In this document: piece after piece, positions 1 to 5,328 of the stretch
Position numbering within the stretch: position 1 is the stretch's first letter
Layout: each line of letters opens with the position of its first letter
From: Candidatus Iainarchaeum sp.
Lineage (GTDB): Archaea > Iainarchaeota > Iainarchaeia > Iainarchaeales > DTGL01
Assembly (NCBI GenBank): GCA_038736825.1
Contig: JAVYME010000033.1
Span: 1 to 12,594 of the forward strand
Direction: 5' to 3'
Length of the DNA stretch: 12,594 nucleotides
Translations under genes and position numbers: made by a program
Notes under the pieces: generated by a model
The model's input: only the letters and a program-made list of their open reading frames with translations
Databases searched by the model: none
What the model was told of the DNA's origin: nothing

Positions 1-851
1 TCCTTAATGGATTGCGCTGAAGTTACAGTGAAATCCTTTGTGTTTGCTGTAACCTTGCGGGAAACAAGAAGTGCAGAGGTTATTTCCTCAACTGTTTTGT
101 CCACTTTTGAAACATCCTCCACTTGAACTTGAATTGAGGAAAAAACCCCGTTCTCAACATCAGTCACCTCCCATGCACTCTTGTAAGGCATAAAGACAGT
201 TCTGTCATTGCCACCGCCGCCCATTGTCATTCCAGATGGCGCCAGGATTCCAACCACTGTAAAGGTTTGTTTGCCAATTGCAACCCTCCGCCCAAGGGTT
301 ATCGGCTGCTTGAACATTTCATTTGCCACAGCATGGCCTATTACAATGGCTTTTGAGTCACTTGAATTCAAAAGCCTGCCTGTTGCAAGCTTTAAAGTGG
401 ACATTTCCTTCCAAGTGTTGGGATTGACACCGCTAATGCTCACATTTGCTTTTTCTGCAAGGAACGCAAGCTCTGCCCTTCCAGAAACCAGTTCATTGAT
501 GTTTTTCACATTGTTGGTTGAAGCAATAATCTTTGAATCCAAAATGTTAAGCTTTGGGGTTGAAGTTGGCTGTGAAGTCGCCCGCTCTCTCGGCATAAAA
601 TTCCTTTCACCTCCACGCAACATAAAGCCCCCAAAACCTTGGGCTCTATAAGAGCCAGCAGTCACAGTTATAATGTCAGCACCAAAAGATGAAAGTTGTT
701 CATCTATGCTTGCCCGGGCTCCCTCCCCCAATGAAAGTATTGCAACAACTGCAGCCACTCCAATCACTATGCCTAACAGGGTTAACCAGCTTCTAAGCCG
801 CCTGTGCAGAATGCTGTTTACTGCCAATCCAACCAAATCAGTGAATTTCAT
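1..851 (-). CDS. ABC transporter permease, MacB/FtsX type (N-terminal TM helix plus extracytoplasmic core domain); 3' end runs off the window
   Basis: Absent from the ORF track because it is open to the window edge. My minus-strand translation from ATG 851..849 reads MKFTDLVGLAVNSILHRRLRSWLTLLGIVIGVAAVVAILSLGEGARASIDEQLSSFGADIITVT...FTVVGILAPSGM...RTVFMPYKSAWEV. That is the typical MacB/LolCE-type N-terminus: basic stretch, one TM helix, then a large soluble domain. It starts 8 nt after the TGA (862..860) of the upstream gene. Plus-strand ORFs 208..651 and 673..873 are antisense shadows. Confidence 0.8.
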   Translation of the reverse strand, partial: MKFTDLVGLAVNSILHRRLRSWLTLLGIVIGVAAVVAILSLGEGARASIDEQLSSFGADIITVTAGSYRAQGFGGFMLRGGERNFMPRERATSQPTSTPKLNILDSKIIASTNNVKNINELVSGRAELAFLAEKANVSISGVNPNTWKEMSTLKLATGRLLNSSDSKAIVIGHAVANEMFKQPITLGRRVAIGKQTFTVVGILAPSGMTMGGGGNDRTVFMPYKSAWEVTDVENGVFSSIQVQVEDVSKVDKTVEEITSALLVSRKVTANTKDFTVTSAQSIK

Positions 852-859
852 TTCAGCAA

Positions 860-2353
860 TCACTTTGCCCTGAACTTAAAAAAATAAAGAACAAACAAGA
901 CAATGGAAACCACTATTGCGCTCAAAAAAAACACTTGACTGGAATTAAAGTAATAGGCTGCTGCAATAAAAAGGATTGAACAAACTGCAATAACTGCAAT
1001 CATTTTTTTCAGGTTTTTTCTGTCCGCCTTGAAAGTGCAAGCAATCAATGCAAAACCAAGGATTGCACTTAAAGCCATCCACGGCGAAATATCCGCTTGG
1101 CTTGAAGCCCTACTCCTGCTTGCAATAACACTATCAGAAAGCAAAAAAGAGCCTGTCTGGCCCAGCAGAACTGTCTTTCTTGAAGTCTGCCTTTCGCCGG
1201 TTGTGTCAGTGTAATCGATTTCTACAAAAATCGGCTGAACTTGAAGAGAATTACTGTCAAACTGTCTTTGACGGAAAAAATTAGTGTCAGTAGCACTTGC
1301 GGTTCTCGGAAAAGCCCCTCTTTGAGTTTGAGCGTTTTGGGCGAATGGCGGTTCATTGGTTGAAACAGGCGCTTGCTCGCTGCCAGATGCATTTGCTTGG
1401 GTTCTGGTTTGGACTGTAAAGCTTGCCACTGTGAAATCCCCCTTGTTCAAGTTTCCAAGAATTGAAATGTTGCTACCGGAAACCGTGATTCCGTTTTGTC
1501 TGGGAATTCTCGCAATTACCGCTTGAGCGTTATTAGAGCCTATGTTTGCAATGCTGAGTGAAAGCTGTCCTGAAACCAGTTCTGCACTGACTTCAAAATC
1601 AGTTCCCCCGCCAACAATAAGCCCAACCTGCGAATTCTGTGTACGAACACCATTAACATCAAGAAAAGTCATTGTCAGGTTTAAGGGATAAATGCCGGTT
1701 GTAATGTTTGGATCGGCTGCCACAGTATAGGAAATTTTGACAGTTTCTCCTGCCTCAATTGCAGAAACATACTTTTTGTTGTCAGAACCAACTGGCAAAA
1801 TCAAATTGTTTGGCTCAGTCCAAGAGAAAGAAACATTGGAAACCCTGGCTTGCCCGACATTTTTAAGAGAAAAAACAAGCTCGGTCTGGTTTCCAGGATT
1901 TATTTTTTTAGGTTCAGCTGTTACATCAATGTTTTTTTCAATTTTTGCAACAGGAACAGAAAAACTGTTTGTTTGCTCCACAAGGCTGCCGAGATTGTAA
2001 TAATAAATTGTAAGAAATGCTGGATAATAGCCTGGCAAAGTGTCATCCTTTACTTTAAAGCGAAAAATAAGGGTTTTAGTCTGTCCTGGCAGTATTTCCC
2101 TCACACTAACCTTGCTTTGAACATCCTCAAAGTGAACCCCGAGGTCTAAAAAAGCATTCAAGTCAACAACTGAAACGCTTAAACCACGATTCTTTATATC
2201 AACCTTTAAGCTTGCAATATCACCCGCATAAATTGTTCCCGGCAGAAAACTTGTGCCAGTTATTTCAACCAGATATGCATAATCCGCTCCCCTTGCCTGT
2301 GGAAGCAAAACCACAAGCGCTAAAACCGAAAACAAAACAAACAACTTATTCAT
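860..2353 (-). CDS. Large surface protein with repeated CARDB/COG1361-like beta-sandwich domains, a Q/N/S/T-rich linker and three C-terminal TM helices
   Basis: ORF 860..2398. Preferred start is ATG 2353..2351 (MNKLFVLFSVLALVVLLPQARG, a signal peptide), preceded by GGAGG (2365..2361) with a 7-nt spacer. Three copies of the NxGxxxA-type strand motif (SLKVDIKNRGLSVSVV, LVFSLKNVGQARVSNV, LSLSIANIGSNNAQAV). Six N-x-S/T sequons in the ectodomain. Hydrophobic C-terminus (ISPWMALSAILGFALIACTF, MIAVIAVCSILFIAAAYYF, VFFLSAIVVSIVLFVLYFF). Confidence 0.75.
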   Translation of the reverse strand: MNKLFVLFSVLALVVLLPQARGADYAYLVEITGTSFLPGTIYAGDIASLKVDIKNRGLSVSVVDLNAFLDLGVHFEDVQSKVSVREILPGQTKTLIFRFKVKDDTLPGYYPAFLTIYYYNLGSLVEQTNSFSVPVAKIEKNIDVTAEPKKINPGNQTELVFSLKNVGQARVSNVSFSWTEPNNLILPVGSDNKKYVSAIEAGETVKISYTVAADPNITTGIYPLNLTMTFLDVNGVRTQNSQVGLIVGGGTDFEVSAELVSGQLSLSIANIGSNNAQAVIARIPRQNGITVSGSNISILGNLNKGDFTVASFTVQTRTQANASGSEQAPVSTNEPPFAQNAQTQRGAFPRTASATDTNFFRQRQFDSNSLQVQPIFVEIDYTDTTGERQTSRKTVLLGQTGSFLLSDSVIASRSRASSQADISPWMALSAILGFALIACTFKADRKNLKKMIAVIAVCSILFIAAAYYFNSSQVFFLSAIVVSIVLFVLYFFKFRAK

Positions 2354-2741
2354 TATAAAACCTCCTTTCCCTGTTGAAATCTTTTCCAAATTTTTCAAAA
2401 AAAGTCATTCTTAATTCCTCCATTGAAGCGGTTTCAGGAAGACCAAGGGCTTGCTTGACTTCAAGCACTGTTGCTTCCTGAGGCAAACCCATTGCTTGCC
2501 GCACTCTTTGCATGAAAAGGTTTTCATCCATCCTTCTGGGCGGGCGTCCATTGAAATCAGCATTATTCCAATCAGGTGGCAAACCATTGAAATCCCTGCC
2601 TCCCCTGCGCGGGGCAAAATTGCCCGGATTGCTTTCAGCAGGCTTTTGGGTTTGACTTGCACCAGAAGACATTTCAGCACAACCAGCAAACAAAATGAAT
2701 GAAAGGAAAAACAAAAAAGAAAACAAAAAACCGCACCTCAT
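2346..2741 (-). CDS. Small secreted lipoprotein (about 131 aa) with internal duplications, function unknown
   Basis: ORF 2346..2756. Preferred start is ATG 2741..2739 ([21 protein letters not shown], signal peptide with lipobox LFAGC). This ATG overlaps the TGA (2740..2738) of the ATPase gene as ATGA and follows GGAGG (2754..2750) by 8 nt. The track's upstream ATG at 2756 overlaps that SD. Its stop TAA 2348..2346 overlaps the next gene's start region. Confidence 0.6.
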   Translation of the reverse strand: MRCGFLFSFLFFLSFILFAGCAEMSSGASQTQKPAESNPGNFAPRRGGRDFNGLPPDWNNADFNGRPPRRMDENLFMQRVRQAMGLPQEATVLEVKQALGLPETASMEELRMTFFEKFGKDFNRERRFYNE

Positions 2742-3436
2742 TTTTTGCGCCTCCAAAAATCTGACTTAATCAGTCCATCACTCAATTCAACTTGCCTTTC
2801 AGCATAAGCCGCAATATCGTGCTCGTGAGTGACAAGGATAACCGTCTTGCCCTGCTCCTTGTTCAGCTTGCAAATCAAACCCAATATTTCATGGCTTGTT
2901 TTTGTGTCAAGGTTGCCAGTGGGCTCGTCTGCCAAAATTATTTGGGGATCCGTTGAAAGCGCTCTCGCAATTGCAACCTTTTGCCTCTCTCCGCCTGAAA
3001 GTTGGGCTGGCAGGTGAGCAAGCCTTTTTGAAAGCCCTACAAGCCCAGCAAGCTCTTTTGTTCTAATTTCAATAATTTCCTTTTCAAATTCATGAATCCT
3101 CATTGGCAGGGCAATGTTTTCAAAAACATTTAGTGTTGGGTAAAGGTTGAACGTCTGGAAGACAAAGCCTATTTTTTTGCCTCTTATCCTTGCAAGCTTT
3201 GACTCTGAAAGGCGTGAAATCTCGGTTTTCTCCAAAAAAACCTCCCCCTTTGTTGGAACATCAAGCGCCCCCATCATATTAAGCACAGTTGACTTGCCAC
3301 TGCCAGATGCACCAACCACTGCCAGAAAATCACCCTCTTCAACCTCAAGATTTATTCCACGCAGGGCAGTAACCTCTACATCATCCATCTGGTAAACCTT
3401 CCAAACATCCCTTAATTCAAGAACTTTTTTACCCAA
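2738..3436 (-). CDS. ABC transporter ATP-binding protein, MacB/LolD-like (COG1136 type)
   Basis: Walker [11 protein letters not shown]-loop FVFQTFNL, signature LSGGERQ, Walker [10 protein letters not shown]-loop VTHEHD. The ORF is open to ATG 3469, but GGAGG (3448..3444) plus a 7-nt spacer points to TTG 3436..3434 ([15 protein letters not shown]) as the start. The start is uncertain by 33 nt. Confidence 0.9.
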   Translation of the reverse strand: MGKKVLELRDVWKVYQMDDVEVTALRGINLEVEEGDFLAVVGASGSGKSTVLNMMGALDVPTKGEVFLEKTEISRLSESKLARIRGKKIGFVFQTFNLYPTLNVFENIALPMRIHEFEKEIIEIRTKELAGLVGLSKRLAHLPAQLSGGERQKVAIARALSTDPQIILADEPTGNLDTKTSHEILGLICKLNKEQGKTVILVTHEHDIAAYAERQVELSDGLIKSDFWRRKK

Positions 3437-3459
3437 TTTAAAACCTCCAAAGAAAAAAA

Positions 3460-3565
3460 TGAAACACATTTAATACTTTGCAACCATTAATAGGTTTAAT
3501 TGTAACAACCTGAAACAAATAATATGGCATTGTGAAACGTGATGAAACATGAAACGACTTGAAAC
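3460..3565. promoter_or_regulatory. Divergent promoter/operator region carrying six exact TGAAAC repeats
   Basis: TGAAAC at 3460, 3511, 3533, 3543, 3550 and 3560, all in one orientation, plus the variant TGTAAC at 3501. AAATAATAT (about 3517-3525) lies ~27 nt upstream of ATG 3549, suggesting a leaderless regulator mRNA. On the minus strand, CTATTAAT (about 3488-3495) is a possible TATA for the ABC operon. Confidence 0.45.
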
Positions 3566-4136
3566 CTTTTTCAATTCCGACAAAAAATATGCAGTGATAA
3601 TGATTCTCTGCTTTATTTACGGCGGATACGCAATCCTTTCATTTTTGCTTCAAGCTTACACCGCCTTTTGGAGAATTGAACTCTTGGGTTTTCCCATGCA
3701 AGGACAGGGAAGCCCGAGAACTGAAGACTTCAACCGTTTCCGGCAACCGGATTCGAACAGGCTTTCAAACCAAAGATTTATCACACAAGAACCGCTTGCA
3801 CAAATAGTTTCCCCTCTCTCACTTTCCTGGCTTTTAAGCGGCATAATCTCTCTTTTGGCTGGACTTTCAATCTGGCACCTCGTAAGAAAAAAAGAAATAA
3901 AAAAAATAAAGCAAGAAACAGCGAACAACCTCCTGCTTCCAGATGAAAGAAAAATAATTGAAACACTCAAAAAATCAAACTTTGAAATGCTGCAGTCAAG
4001 GATTGCCAAAGAAACCGGCTTGAGCAAGGTTCAAGTCCACCGTGCAATTAAAAGGCTTGAAGCCAAAGGAATACTTGAAAAACACACATACGGGCTTTCC
4101 AACAAAATAATGCTGAAAAGAGAGTTTTTTGATTGA
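3549..4136 (+). CDS. Membrane-anchored winged-helix transcriptional regulator (two TM helices, extracytoplasmic loop, C-terminal MarR/TrmB-like wHTH)
   Basis: TM1 YAVIMILCFIYGGYAILSFLLQAY and TM2 LSLSWLLSGIISLLAGLSIWHLV, then a K-rich linker. The wHTH reads LLPDERKIIETLKKSNFEMLQSRIAKETGLSKVQVHRAIKRLEAKGILEKHTYGLSNKIML. ATG 3549 is the first start after an in-frame TGA (3543-3545). This is the only clear plus-strand gene. Confidence 0.7.
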   Translation: MKRLETFFNSDKKYAVIMILCFIYGGYAILSFLLQAYTAFWRIELLGFPMQGQGSPRTEDFNRFRQPDSNRLSNQRFITQEPLAQIVSPLSLSWLLSGIISLLAGLSIWHLVRKKEIKKIKQETANNLLLPDERKIIETLKKSNFEMLQSRIAKETGLSKVQVHRAIKRLEAKGILEKHTYGLSNKIMLKREFFD

Positions 4137-4156
4137 AACTGCCTTTTTAAAACAAG

Positions 4157-4214
4157 CGGCTCGGAATTGGATTCACTCATCACCTTGCATCAGAAAATGG
4201 AATCGTCATCGCCT
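4157..4214 (-). ncRNA. Candidate archaeal C/D box sRNA (2'-O-methylation guide)
   Basis: The minus strand reads GGC-GCGAUGA-like C box (gcGATGA, 4212..4206), 12 nt CGATTCCATTTT, D' CTGA (4193..4190), 6 nt TGCAAG, C' GTGATGA (4183..4177), 12 nt GTGAATCCAATT, D-like CCGA (4164..4161), then GCCGCTTGTTTT. Spacing is the canonical 12/6/12. The palindromic TATA TTTATAAA (4234-4241) is centred ~26 nt upstream and an oligo-T follows. The terminal C and D boxes each deviate by one base (U to C) but keep the GA dinucleotides. Confidence 0.4.
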
Positions 4215-4233
4215 TAAGCAATGGCTCGGATTA

Positions 4234-4241
4234 TTTATAAA
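4234..4241. promoter_or_regulatory. Palindromic TATA-like box TTTATAAA in the convergent gap
   Basis: Exact TTTATAAA. It is positioned ~26-28 nt from the C box-like element on the minus strand and from ATG 4266 on the plus strand. Confidence 0.35.
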
Positions 4242-4379
4242 ATATTTTCTTCAGGCCTTTTTCCCATGTGTTGTGTAAATTCAGTGCCAGCCTGTTCCTG
4301 AGTTCTGGTAAAGCCTTGCGTTGGCTGACTTCATTATGTTTGGTTTGAAAAGATTGCAGAGCCGCCTTTTCATGCTTGG

Positions 4380-4562
4380 CTAAGCTTGGCTTGATTTCTT
4401 TGCAATTGCTTGTTTTTGGTCTTTTAGTCCTTGTTTTTTGAATTCTTCACGCCAGCCCTGCACGCTGCAAAAAAGAAGCGTAACCAAGGTTAATATGCCT
4501 GCCAGGTTAAGAATTTCTTTTGGCGAAGAATAAATAAATGAAGCCAAAAGAACATAGTTCAA
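4380..4562 (-). CDS. Small two-TM protein, or the C-terminal part of the upstream membrane gene (same frame, see findings)
   Basis: TTG-started track ORF with no SD. It is in the same frame as ORF 4698..5288, and all 45 codons between TAG 4700..4698 and TTG 4562 are sense codons that encode a further TM-like segment. Ends with TAG 4382..4380. Confidence 0.35.
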   Translation of the reverse strand: MNYVLLASFIYSSPKEILNLAGILTLVTLLFCSVQGWREEFKKQGLKDQKQAIAKKSSQA

Positions 4563-4697
4563 AAAAACAGAAAGCAGAATCGAAAGAGAAATTATTAAGC
4601 CATAAATAACAAATCCTAGGAACGAGCTAATTTTTGACTCCTTTAGGAATAGCCAGTAGGCTTTTCTCTTCTCTTTTGAATAGGTCAGCCAATCTTG

Positions 4698-5288
4698 CTA
4701 CAAGAAGAAGTATGGTGGAATAGATGCCAAAAGAAACAAAAGGATTGGAAGGGCAGAGGCGCCCAACACACGGAAAAGTATGGGTGAACCCAAAAAAGAA
4801 ATAACCACTGGGGCTGTCTTTTTCAGGGGACCATCCAAATAATAGAATGCCCCCCTGGAATAGCTGAAGGCGGGACCGAAAATTATCAGAATTAAAAAAA
4901 GAAAAAATATAGTAAAAAGCCAAAAAGGCGGAAAAAACAGGACGATCCAGTTTTGAAAAGACCAGCCAGTTACCTCAAAAAAAGAAAAAACCCAGTATAA
5001 AGAGAAAAGACCGAAAAAAATCAAGTAAAAATAGGCATAAACCCCATAGAACCGATGGTATCTTTTTTTTATCTTTCTGACTTTTTGCATGAAGGCTGCT
5101 TGCTTTGAATATTGCTTTTTTCCCATGTGTTCTGGCATAGAAAGCCATAGCGCCTCAATATCTTCTTCTTTGAGATTTGTGTGGGCTGCTTGAACTCCTC
5201 GTATTCCTTTTTGTAGGCTTCCTTGGAAGCCCAAGTTTGCTTTCCAGGGGAATTGCCAAACGGGCAGTAGGCCATAAAAAAACCACAA
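4698..5288 (-). CDS. Polytopic membrane protein of unknown function (start uncertain; ends at an in-frame TAG)
   Basis: Charged N-terminal region (NLKEEDIEALWLSMPEHMGKKQYSKQAAFMQKVRKIKKRYHRF) followed by at least four hydrophobic helices. The track start TTG 5288 has no SD; alternatives are ATG 5138 and ATG 5126. Lies 40 nt downstream of the radical SAM gene on the same strand. Confidence 0.55.
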   Translation of the reverse strand: MWFFYGLLPVWQFPWKANLGFQGSLQKGIRGVQAAHTNLKEEDIEALWLSMPEHMGKKQYSKQAAFMQKVRKIKKRYHRFYGVYAYFYLIFFGLFSLYWVFSFFEVTGWSFQNWIVLFFPPFWLFTIFFLFLILIIFGPAFSYSRGAFYYLDGPLKKTAPVVISFLGSPILFRVLGASALPILLFLLASIPPYFFL

Positions 5289-5328
5289 ATTAGTTGTGTG
5301 AACTGGTTAATATTGGTTTCCTTTCAGG

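Noticed and set aside
208-873. Plus-strand track ORFs 208..651 and 673..873
   Set aside because: They are antisense to a minus-strand frame that is open from ATG 851 to the window edge and gives a textbook MacB/FtsX permease N-terminus. The plus-strand products are low-complexity and match no motif.
2411-2702. ORFs 2411..2689 (minus) and 2451..2702 (plus) overlapping the lipoprotein gene
   Set aside because: The lipoprotein frame has a signal peptide with lipobox, an SD-supported start and ATGA coupling to the ATPase gene. The alternatives have none of these.
3539-3545. Perfect C box GTGATGA on the plus strand in the divergent promoter
   Set aside because: No CTGA D or D' box at 12-nt spacing downstream and no C' box. 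The heptamer is explained by the overlapping TGAAAC repeat array.
3741-3760. tRNA T-arm-like sequence (minus strand GCCTG-TTCGAAT-CCGGT)
   Set aside because: One stem mismatch, and no complementary acceptor stem or D/anticodon arms at the required distances. It lies inside the well-supported regulator CDS, so it is a chance resemblance.
4698-4700. Pyrrolysine or genome-wide TAG reassignment as the explanation for the in-frame TAG
   Set aside because: No pyl genes are in the window. The KaiC-like gene appears to terminate genuinely at TAG (the next in-frame stop is only five codons later and the next gene starts immediately). Nothing here supports recoding, so a pseudogene, an error or local read-through remain more likely.
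4627-4923. Track ORF 4627..4923 (98 aa), minus strand, alternate frame
   Set aside because: It overlaps the longer hydrophobic membrane frame almost entirely, and its product is not protein-like. It is a shadow frame.
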